Positions 54,963-64,000 of a stretch of 64,000 nt of DNA are shown one piece after another. How positions within the stretch are numbered: position 1 is the stretch's first letter; the number at the start of each line of letters is the position of its first letter. Both the position numbers and the translations under genes were made by a program. The stretch comes from Obrimoposthia wandeli (taxonomy: Eukaryota). Below the pieces are notes generated by a model. It did no database searches. It saw only the letters and a list, made by a program, of their open reading frames with translations, and was not told where the DNA came from. The stretch is taken from the NCBI GenBank assembly GCA_977020255.1, contig CDROCS010000242.1, positions 558,001-622,000 on the forward strand, in the 5' to 3' direction.

Positions 54963-55400
54963 AAAGGGTCAAGTTGCTTAGTCTCCACCCTTCTTTTTGA
55001 GATATACCACTATGAAAGGGTCAAGTGGCTTAGTCTCCACCCTTCTTTTTGAGATATACCACTATGAAAGAGTCAAGTGGCTTAGTCTCCACCCTTCTTT
55101 TTGAGATATACTACTATGAAAGGGTCAAGTGGCTTAGTCTCCACCCATCTTTTAGTGATCTAGTCTCCACCCATCTTTTAGTGATCTAGTCTCCACCCTT
55201 CTTTTAGTGATCTAGTCTCCACCCATCTTTTTGTGGTCTAGTCTCCACTCTTATTTTTGGTTAACCACTAATTCAAAGGATCAAGTGGCTTAGTCTCCAC
55301 CCATCTTTTTGTGATCTAGTCTCCACCCTTCTTTTTGGCTAACTACTAATTCAAAGGATCAAGTGGCTTAGTCTCCACCCTTCTTTTTTGTGATCTAGTT
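54963..55400. repeat. Subterminal direct-repeat array, core TAGTCTCCAC(C/T)C, 11 copies
   Basis: Cores at 54979, 55031, 55083, 55135, 55161, 55187, 55213, 55239, 55291, 55317 and 55369. Confidence 0.95.
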
Positions 55401-55401
55401 C

Positions 55402-55565
55402 ATAATGAAAATTTATGATAAAGTTCACTCTTAACAATTAAGAAATGTGGTTTTTAACACACACATACACTATTTTATGTGAAATTTATGATAAAGTTCA
55501 CTCTTATCAATTAAGAAATGCGTTTTTTTTTTTAACACACACATACACTATTTTATGTGAAATTT
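55402..55565. repeat. About 80-bp tandem duplication in the Polinton subterminal region
   Basis: AAATTTATGATAAAGTTCACTCTTA...AACACACACATACACTATTTTATGTGAAATTT occurs twice. Confidence 0.85.
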
Positions 55566-55668
55566 AAACTAAAGTTTTTCCTAGGCTTTCACATTTATAG
55601 AATTATAGTAAAATTTATTTAAATAACATAAATTATATATTAAAATAAAATATCCTTAATAAATATAT

Positions 55669-56120
55669 TTATATACAATTTACATAATCAATACATAGAG
55701 AAAAACATTTCAAATAAGCACAATGTTTTCCGTGTTTTCTAAACGGACATCGAATATTTTTGGCATTTTCTTTAAATTTTTGAAACTTTTATTATAATTC
55801 ACAATTCTCAAATTTGGAAACATTCGTTTCACTAAATTAATTTTCTTTCCATCAATAGAATCCATAACATAGAATATTGTTTCAACATCATCAATATGAA
55901 TATCAGAGCTTTCACCTTCAAACCAGGATAACTGATGATGATGATTTATCAAATATAGATTTTTTCTTTTAACTGTAAATGATAAACTACTCCATGGTAT
56001 TTGATTTTTAAACACGTAATGAAATGGACAAGTCATATCATTCACATACATTATACATAATTCCTTTGGAATATATTCTCCATTATTATCAATAAAACAT
56101 TCTAAATCAATAAAAGCCAT
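55669..56120 (-). CDS. Polinton DEDD/DnaQ-like exonuclease-fold protein with Cys/His-rich tail (one -1 frameshift at about 55760)
   Basis: N-terminal FIDLECF...YIPKEL; the shifted frame gives IRCPFRKHGKHCAYLKC*. Confidence 0.6.
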
Positions 56121-56174
56121 TTGAAAATAAAATAAAATGAAATACTAAAATGATATATTTGTTTATACTTAAAA

Positions 56175-56555
56175 TTATTTGTGTTGAAGTTTCAACCATA
56201 AAAGACTCAGAGGTCCGCAGTTTTTAGTTAATGGATTCTGACATTTAACTCGATTATAGTAGACTGAAATGTTTTCTTTTTCAAGTGTAGACACCAACTT
56301 TGCAGGATAATAGAATCCAAAAGGATCAAACACTCGAATCTCGAATCTGTCAACGAATATTGCTATCCAATGCTCGCCTGGTAGATTTGAAGTATGAGTA
56401 TTGATAATGTAACCTCCGGGTTTTAATGATGGAATTTTATCCAATGAATATACTCCATTAAATTTGTTATTCAATAATATTTTTCCGGATTTATGAATTT
56501 CTAAAGTACTAATTTTAATAAAGAATATAATATAAAATAAGCTTACTTCATACAA
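56175..56555 (-). CDS. Adenain-like cysteine protease
   Basis: GVYSLDKIP...INT...PGEHWIA...FDPFG...CQNPLTKNCG (catalytic H, D, Q, C); the true start is probably near ISTLEI. Confidence 0.9.
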   Translation of the reverse strand: MYEVSLFYIIFFIKISTLEIHKSGKILLNNKFNGVYSLDKIPSLKPGGYIINTHTSNLPGEHWIAIFVDRFEIRVFDPFGFYYPAKLVSTLEKENISVYYNRVKCQNPLTKNCGPLSLLWLKLQHK

Positions 56556-57767
56556 TCACAGTTTTATTTTTCGTAATCTGAATTTCGGAATCAAATATTC
56601 CGTAAATCAAAACACTTGTTGGTACGGTCAAAGGAGAATTAAATCTAATTTCAAGTCTTAAATTACCAGTTTTAGGCACTTGAGTAGTGTTTATATCAAA
56701 ATCTGGTGCTAATAGAAAAGTGAAAATCGAACTTCCTGATTTAAAATCAGAAAATCTGATACCATTATTCAAGTTTTTATCTAAAATATTCATATTTCGA
56801 ATAATTGACTGCATATATGCTAATGAAAAATTGTTATTATCTAGATTATAAGTTTCTCGATAATCTGTATTTCTAGCTAATGATATTGTTGAAACATTAA
56901 ATGTATCGAACGTAGAAGATTTAACTTTGTATTCCTTACCACCCTGAGGTGTATCTTTGAAAGCAATCAAAATGAACTTGGGTAAACGATAGTCTCCGAA
57001 TATTTGATCTTTATTAAGTTCCAAAGAACCTGAGGAATTGAATATGTTACTAACTGAGTTTTTCTAATTGGGTAAACTGCATTCTGACTTTGCAAACCTA
57101 ACTGATGTCCAATCATTACTGAAGAATCAACTTTTACTCTTCTAACATACAATCTAGCATCTAGAATTTGAATAATTGGTTTTGAAGTTTCTGAATAGAG
57201 CGAAAAATTATGCTGATTTCTCATAAATCTCAAATGAACATTAATCCCTGGAATCAAATATTTTGGTTGTTCAAAGAAATCTAATCTAATTGAATTACAT
57301 AATGAAAATATTTTAGATTCACTAATCCATTGTTTACGATTTTCTGCTTCATCATCATACCCACTACATTCAAGGTTAGTATACTTGGTATCACTACTAA
57401 AATTCAAAAGAGTATCGAATATAGCCTTATGAGTATACGTTCCATTTCCTCCTTCAACCTTTACATTATTAAGTGTTAGAATAACATCTCTAAACAAAGT
57501 TTGAAACATGTAATTCTCTGGAGTTACATCACTATCTTTCATTAAATCAGTACCATCTTCATTTACAACTTTTAATTTAATATTTAACAAAGTATCATTC
57601 AAATCCAGATAATCTTCTTCAGATGCATGAATATTAAATTCTATGTCATTTAAATTTTTTCCAGTAATTGAATTGATTGGAAATATTTCTTCAAAACATG
57701 AATTTTCAATCACTACTTGAGGTAGTGGTCTATCGAAAATACACAATTCAGATTTTATACTAGTCAT
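56548..57767 (-). CDS. Polinton double-jelly-roll major capsid protein (frameshift near 57030)
   Basis: KSELCIFDRPLPQVVIE, IEFNI...YLDLNDTLL, VRRVKV, then RLPKFILIAF...FTFLLAPD...GNLRLEIRF...VLIYG; ORFs 56967-57767 and 56548-57024 rejoin at IPQ(G)SLELNKD. Confidence 0.88.
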
Positions 57768-58163
57768 TTTGGAAAATAGTACCTTTAAGACGTTTGTTTA
57801 TACTATTTAAATTATTTCTTTTACGTTTAAGACCCTTTCCATTTTGTTCAACACAATTTGCGACTTTATTTAAACTATCAACAGCATTATTTTTTAATTT
57901 TGGAATCAAAGTTTTGACTTCTTTGATTGTATTTTCTTTGAGAGATGAAATTATGTTTTTTGGATTTGTTAACGCAGTTCCTACCGTTTCACCAATTACA
58001 TTGGCAGCACTTGTAGCTGCTGATAAACCAACTTTTTTAACAATGGAATTGCTAATCTAGAAATAGTTTGATACCAACCAGATCCATATTGTTTACCAAT
58101 GAAATAGGGAAGTTCACCGCCCTGTTGACTTTTGCTATAAAATTTTATAATTGATGTATTCAT
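57760..58163 (-). CDS. Small Polinton virion core-type protein (not in the ORF track; -1 frameshift at about 58035)
   Basis: MNTSIIKFYSKSQQGGELPYFIGKQYGSGWYQTISRLAIPLLKK-VGLSAATSAANVIG...GKGLKRKRNN...; basic C-terminus; its TAG overlaps the MCP start. Confidence 0.7.
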
Positions 58164-58204
58164 TTTATATATATATATTTATATTTTAAATATATTTATA
58201 TTGT

Positions 58205-59218
58205 TTATACTTTACGTAAATGAAGAGTTAAACTAGTTTTTGCTCCATATGAAAATGGAATTAAATTACCAGAATCATCACGTATATTTACCTCGATTCT
58301 ATTAATACTTGAATCTCTCATTTTCAAGTACATTGGATTATCAATTTTAACATTTACTACATCTCCATATCGATATTTTAATGATTTTAACCAAATAGAC
58401 TTTAACAGTGGAACATAATCAGATCCTACTAAGACAGAATCTGTTAAACTAGTATAAATATACATTTGATTATATGAGCTAGAAAGTGTTGGTTTTTGAA
58501 AACCTTTAATTCGTTTCTCAAAGAAAACATTATTAAAACCTAATAAAGATGCAAGTTTTTCGTCAAATAAAACTGATTTTACATTTTTCTTTAATAAAAT
58601 ATCAAATAATCCGTCTGAATCTATATTACAGCTTTTAAAAATTTCATTACATTTACTGGCTATAATATTACATAATGAAGTACTATCTTGTATCAAATAA
58701 TTTTGATTAAATTTTATTTCGTATTCATATTCAGCTAAATAATAAATTGTAATTCTCATTTTAGCATGAATATTTTTATTTTTGTCAACAATTTCATCAC
58801 TTGTTATAACATGACTAGAAATTTTTTGTATTTCATTAAAACCTATAATTTTTGATTCTTCTAAAGTTTCGAATTTTAACAACATTCGATGAATACTGTT
58901 AATTGTACTTATTTCTAATTTTTGATTCTTTGTAATTTTGAAATTGAAAACAGTATTTAAATTATTAAAAATTAATCCATTTAAAATTGCAAAAGATACA
59001 TCGAAAGTTTTCATTTCTATCTTTTCCGTTTTATAAAGTATTTTTGAATTAGTTTGTATTGTTAAAGGAGTAAAATTAAATACAAATTCAGTCAAGGCAA
59101 CCTCCCATTCACCATCTAAATTTAGAGAGTTTTCCCAATCTACAGTAAATTGATTGGCTGTATTGTAAGGTTGAGTACTTGGACAACTATTACTAGGTAA
59201 AATAATATATTTTGACAT
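58205..59218 (-). CDS. Minor capsid (penton) protein, 337 aa, intact
   Basis: IILPSNSC...NTANQFTV...LDGEWEVALTE N-terminus; MYIYTSL...PLLK...PMY...IEVNIRDDSGNLIPF C-terminus. Confidence 0.85.
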   Translation of the reverse strand: MSKYIILPSNSCPSTQPYNTANQFTVDWENSLNLDGEWEVALTEFVFNFTPLTIQTNSKILYKTEKIEMKTFDVSFAILNGLIFNNLNTVFNFKITKNQKLEISTINSIHRMLLKFETLEESKIIGFNEIQKISSHVITSDEIVDKNKNIHAKMRITIYYLAEYEYEIKFNQNYLIQDSTSLCNIIASKCNEIFKSCNIDSDGLFDILLKKNVKSVLFDEKLASLLGFNNVFFEKRIKGFQKPTLSSSYNQMYIYTSLTDSVLVGSDYVPLLKSIWLKSLKYRYGDVVNVKIDNPMYLKMRDSSINRIEVNIRDDSGNLIPFSYGAKTSLTLHLRKV

Positions 59219-60242
59219 TATTCAATTTGAGAAGCAAATATCCAAGAAGGTTCAGAGTATCCGTGCCACTTTACGTAATATTGTTTATTCTTACCACGAC
59301 CTTTAGTTTCTAAAATTTCTTGTATTCGATATAGTTTAGGTTTATCAATTAATTGTAACTCTTGTTTATAAAATTTTCCTTTGATGATGACGTTATCAAT
59401 ATCTTTTAAAATATACATTATTGGATTTTGTTTATAATTAATATCATGAATTTGAAAAACCTCATCACTCCAATTTTGATTAAAATTTTTAATAAATGGA
59501 CTTGTACTTATTTTTGATATTCGAACATAATCATCAATTTTATATTTAGATTTAAGTTTCTTTTCTTTTAGATTTTGTTACAACAAAATATCAAATTCAT
59601 TTTTATTATTTACATCTACAGGTTTTAAACCATCTAAACCTCTATGTTTAGAATTATTATAAGCATAAATAATTTTTGGTAATACATTCACCCATTTCTT
59701 ATTACCTTGTTTAGTAAAATATTTCTTTAACCGTTCTCTTAACGTTCTATTAAATCTTTCAACTACTGCAGCTTTATATTGAGAATATACTGAATAATGA
59801 TTGATATTTTCAGTTTTAAATAATTTCTTAACATGTGAATTAAAAAATTCTTTACCTTCATCGGTTTGGATATTTACTGGTACATCATCAACAATTAAAG
59901 ATTCTATTGCATGTAATAAATCAATACCTGATTTTGTTTTAACTCCAACTGCCCTTGCAAAACGACTAAATACATCAATACAAGTTAAAATATACTTGAA
60001 TCCATTATTTACTGAAGAATAAGGAATCATTTCCATTAAATCCATCTGCCATAACGAATTAATACCATTAGTTTTATATGATCTAGTAGGGAATTTACGT
60101 CTTAAAGGTTTATTCAGACTATATGATAATTCATTTCTTAACCATTTTTGTGTGTTTGTTTTTGATTGTTTGACTCTTTTGTCAATTTTTCTAACCCTGT
60201 ATAACCGTCTGGATCTTCTGGATTGTTCCAAATCTTTTCCAT
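59218..60242 (-). CDS. Retroviral-type integrase with C-terminal chromodomain (frameshift at about 60178, in-frame TAA at 59578-59580)
   Basis: Probable true start MEKIWNNPEDPDGYTGLEKL; WQMDL, IDVFSRF, QTDEGKEF, VERFNRTL; chromodomain YRIQEIL...YYVKWHGY. Confidence 0.92.
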
Positions 60243-60389
60243 TGCAGCATGAAGAATTAAAATTTATAAATAAGTTAGACAACTTTGTATTGTTTATCCC
60301 CATTATTATAAAAGTTAAATATATTTTAATCTGTTTATATGTTTGTATAAAACGAATGAATGTAATTATTTTCGTTATTAAGACAACTA

Positions 60390-60799
60390 TCCCCATCTTG
60401 AAGATATAACACTAGCTATTACTGATGCTATAGCGGGCAGTAGGGCTAATATGAATCCACCATTTTGATTATAAATAATGTTTCTTTTATTAATTTTACC
60501 ACGTGAATTTGCTAAATTTATTAATGAATTTTTATATTTTAAAATATTATCATCAGGTTTAATTTTACCATAAATTATTTATTTAAAATTTTTATTAAAT
60601 CATCAACTACATAAATTGGAAATGATTTCAACATTTTCATTTTATTCGTTTTTGGTACGTCAATTAAGGTTTTAAAATAAGGTAAACTTTTTGAAAATTC
60701 AATATTATTACGATCATATAATACAGTATTTATTAATTTTTTAACTTCATCTTTATCTGTCCTTTTACTATGTTTAAGAATACTCTTTTTAAAATTCAT
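60390..60799 (-). CDS. Small basic protein ending in a GG-hydrophobic helix (adenovirus pX-like); -1 frameshift at about 60577
   Basis: ...VDDLIKILNK-IIYGKIKP...LANSRGKINKRNIIYNQNGGFILALLPAIASVIASY; the 3' end is uncertain. Confidence 0.6.
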
Positions 60800-60800
60800 T

Positions 60801-61447
60801 TTATTTTAAAACTTTATTATTATTTATTTGTTTATAGACTGTAATACCATTACGGTTAAATATATCAGTAACAATTCTTAAATCATCAGGACATGATTGA
60901 GTAAAATTTAAAAATAAATAACCATGTGGTAAAGATGTAGCATCATGAAACGCATCAATTAAATAACTATTGTTATGAGGAAATGCTTGACGAGCAATAA
61001 AATCTATCACTGTTTGATCTCTAGGATTTTTGAATAAAATCAAATAATGTACATTAAGATTACGAGTACGATGATTTCCTCCTTGATGAAATAAATTTTG
61101 GGTTATAAAATTACAGTAACTTCTCTATGTCTTGCAATTTTTGTAAATAAATCATTAAAATCAGATTCTTTGTTAGCCTCTTGATATAAGTCATCAATAA
61201 CAATTACATCACCTTTTACAAGTCTTGTCGTCCAATTTTCATCAAAACCGTTAATAATCTTAATGTTTTTTATTTTATTAAATTCTTGGTTTGTTAAACC
61301 AGCTTCTCCATCACCACCTTGATGCCAATATATTTTATTAAATTTATTTTTAAACATTTTTGAATTTAATAATTTACAAACAAATAAAGTTTTTCCGCTA
61401 CCACTTGGTCCTACTACTTAAAAAGTCGAATTGTTTGTTAATAACAT
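60801..61447 (-). CDS. FtsK/A32-like DNA packaging ATPase (TAA at 61418-61420, frameshift at about 61105)
   Basis: Walker A VVGPSGSGKT; Walker B VIVIDD; RH...TQNLF...RTRNLNVHYLILFKNPRD. Confidence 0.92.
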
Positions 61448-61535
61448 TATATATAAATATTAATATAAAATAAATATATCAGAATAAGTACATGTTTATA
61501 ACAATAACAACATTTTATTAAATATTTATTAAACA

Positions 61536-61856
61536 TCAAAATATTCGGTCGCTGTATGAATCGGTCCAGATGAGACTTCTTCCATCTTCTTGAATATCCG
61601 AAATCTTTGTTTCACCATAATTAATTAGAAATTGTTTCGTATTTATATAATTTTTTTTAATGTATGTCATGATATCGTTAACTTGATCTTGAAAATCTAA
61701 ATTTCTAAGACCTAAAATTACGACCTTTCCAGATGTGAAAATATTTACACACAATGGATTGAAAATATTTAATCTTAAGCCTGGGAAAACCTCAGGGTCA
61801 AATGAACATGCGTTAATAAGTTTAATGTTTTGTACAATAAATTGACTTGTAAACAT
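61536..61856 (-). CDS. TATA-binding-protein-like single-repeat protein carried by the Polinton
   Basis: SFDPEVFPGLRL...VNIFTSGKVVILG matches the TBP repeat consensus SYEPELFPGLIY...LLIFVSGKVVLTG. Confidence 0.75.
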   Translation of the reverse strand: MFTSQFIVQNIKLINACSFDPEVFPGLRLNIFNPLCVNIFTSGKVVILGLRNLDFQDQVNDIMTYIKKNYINTKQFLINYGETKISDIQEDGRSLIWTDSYSDRIF

Positions 61857-62805
61857 AATTTATTTTTGATATATTTTCAATTTAATATGTTGTAAGTTAT
61901 TACTTTAATATAATTTACAACAAAAACTTCAAGTAGTTTACTTATTAAACATAAGTTTAATGTTTTGTACAATAAATTGACTTGTAAACATAATATATTT
62001 ATGCATATATTAACTTTAATATGTTGTAACTTATTACTTTAATATAATTTTCAACAAAAACTTCAAGTAGTTTACTTATTAATCATAAGTTTAATGTTTT
62101 GTACAATAAATTGACTTGTAAACATAATTTATTTTTGATATATTTTCAATTTAATATGTTGTAAGTTATTACTTTAATATAATTTACAACAAAACTTCAA
62201 GTAGTTTACTTATTAAACATAAGTTTAATGTTTTGTACAATAAATTGACTTGTAAACATAATTTATTTTGATATATTTTCAATTTAATATGTTGTAAGTT
62301 ATTACTTTAATATAATTTACAACAAAAACTTCAAGTAATTTACTTGTAAACTACAATATTTATTTGTTGTTGTATATATTCAGTTTAAAATGTTGTAAGT
62401 TATTACTTTAATATAATTTTCAACAAAAACTTCAAGTAGTTTACTTATTAATCATAATATTAATGATTGATCAATAAATTGACTTGTAAACATAATATAT
62501 TTATACATATATTCACTTTAAAATGTTGTAAGTTATTACTTTCATATAATTTTCAACAAAAAAAAAACTTCAAGTAGTTTACTTATTAAACATAAGTTTA
62601 ATGTTTTGTACAATAAATTGACTTGTAAACATAATTTATTTTGGTATATTTTCAATTTAATATGTTGTAAGTTATTACTTTAATATAATTTACAACAAAA
62701 ACTTCAAGTAATTTACTTGTAAACTACAATATTTATTTGTTGTTGTATATATATATATTCAGTTTAAAATGTTGTAAGTTAATACTTTAATATAATTTAC
62801 AAATA
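61816..62805. repeat. Tandem array of about 134-bp units (about 8, some shortened)
   Basis: The ATGTTTACAAGTCAATTT motif on the minus strand has its ATG at 61856, 61991, 62125, 62259, 62493 and 62632. Confidence 0.92.
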
Positions 62806-62989
62806 TCGTAACAACCAAGTTAACTTACCAGATAACTGTGTAGTTAAGGTAATTTATCATTTAGTCTGAAACAATGAATACCAAATCGCCTACAATGCAT
62901 GTATAATTTTAATTGTCAACTACAGTAAACTATAATTACTCTTTGTGTACAGTAATAATTTCCAATATATTAAAGTAAACATTTACAAA

Positions 62990-63235
62990 ATATAATCTGT
63001 TTACAAGTCAATTTATCATACAAATCCTTAAATTATGATTAATAAGTAAACTACTTGAAGTTTGTTGTTGTAAATATATTATGTTTACAAGTCAATTTAT
63101 CGTACAAATCATTAATATTATGATTATTAAGTAAACTATTTGAAGTTTTGGTTGTAAATTATATTAAAGTAATAACTTACAACATATTAAAGTGAATATA
63201 TGCAAAATTATATTATGTTTACAAGTCAATTTTCG
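62990..63235. repeat. Inverted copies of the 134-bp unit
   Basis: The plus strand carries TTTACAAGTCAATTT, GTAAACTA.TTGAAG and AAAGTAATAACTTACAACATATTAAA, the reverse complement of the 61816-62805 units. Confidence 0.88.
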
Positions 63236-63526
63236 AATGTCTAGTAAACAAATTTAAATAACTCGAAAAAACATTTACTATTCGAAATAATAAACTTAAT
63301 AGTACTTTATATTTGAAATTTATGTTATATGCAGTGGGCGGGGTACAGCAACTAACTTTATAATTAAAATATTTTATAGTTTAAGGTTAAAATCACTTGA
63401 TAAAAACCACAATAATGTGATAAAGAATATTATTTAACATATAAAATGAATTTTTGAAGAAATAAATTGAATATTCATATTATATTAAACGGACAATGGC
63501 AAAAATATCAAGTAATTTAAAAAAAA

Positions 63527-64000
63527 ATCAAACTATCGACACTCTTATTTTTTAAAATTACATTCACTTGCTAAACCCACTTACTTGTATTGAAAATTCA
63601 AACTATCAATCACTTGCTCGTCATACTTGCATTCAATCTAACTATAATTTATTCAACAAAAACTCTATTTTAATTTACTTATAGTCTAAATTACACTTGC
63701 ATTCAATCAAACTATCGACACTCTTATTTTTAAAATTACATTCACTTGCTAAACCCACTTACTTGTATTGAAAATTCAAACTATCAATCACTTGCTCGTC
63801 ATACTTGCATTCAATCTAACTATAATTTATTCAACAAAAACTCTATTTTAATTTACTTATAGTCTAAATTACACTTGCATTCAATCAAACTATCGACACT
63901 CTTATTTTTAAAATTACATTCACTTGCTAAACCCACTTACTTGTATTGAAAATTCAAACTATCAATCACTTGCTCGTCATACTTGCATTCAATCTAACTA
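63527..64000. repeat. Tandem array of 178-179 bp units, at least 2.6 copies, continuing past the window end
   Basis: AACTATCGACACTCTTATT at 63531, 63710 and 63888. Confidence 0.95.

Larger units (their letters stand above)
54712..64000 (-). mobile_element. Polinton/Maverick (adintovirus-type endogenous virus), left part; runs off the window
   Basis: AGTAG terminus followed by a repeat-rich subterminal region; co-oriented compact cluster of ATPase, integrase, penton, MCP and protease genes. Confidence 0.93.

Noticed and set aside
49047-55400. 104-bp and 26/52-bp arrays as CRISPR arrays
   Set aside because: No unique spacers, no cas genes, eukaryotic context
53547-60409. Antisense ORFs 53547-53966, 57794-58060, 59801-60022 and 60152-60409
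   Set aside because: Shadows of real genes on the opposite strand, with no motifs of their own
61460-61620. 29-aa ORF MVKQRFRIFKK... overlapping the 3' end of the TBP-like ORF
   Set aside because: Too short to assess; noted only because it suggests the TBP-like protein may really end near residue 65
1-64000. rRNA, tRNA or prokaryotic origin of the window
   Set aside because: No rRNA or tRNA structure recognised; spliceosomal introns and animal-type transposons show a eukaryotic nuclear locus

Overview
AT-rich animal (invertebrate-type) nuclear DNA; the host cannot be named from sequence alone. One clear host gene is present: the last four exons of a mitochondrial calcium uniporter (MCU; + strand, 951-32683, intact WDIMEP pore motif), whose long introns are filled with decayed transposons (LINE, hAT, BEL/Pao, pogo, mariner, Tc1, Gypsy). 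Downstream lie a decayed RLE-type non-LTR retrotransposon, piggyBac and pogo remnants, and a complete TA-flanked Tc1/IS630-like element whose transposase ORF is open across two ~40-nt introns. The right 16 kb is the most interesting part. An LTR element encodes Gag (three CCHC knuckles) running in frame into a signal peptide and a chuvirus-like class III glycoprotein with no pol between them. It is interrupted at about 54712 by a Polinton/Maverick (adintovirus-type) element carrying exonuclease-like, protease, major capsid, core, penton, integrase-chromodomain, pX-like and packaging ATPase genes. The Polinton also has a TBP-like half-domain gene, a ~214-bp terminal hairpin, a 26/52-bp phased repeat array and inverted internal repeats; its polB and right end are not in the window. 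All family assignments come from motif recognition by eye, with no database searches; boundaries of decayed elements are approximate.
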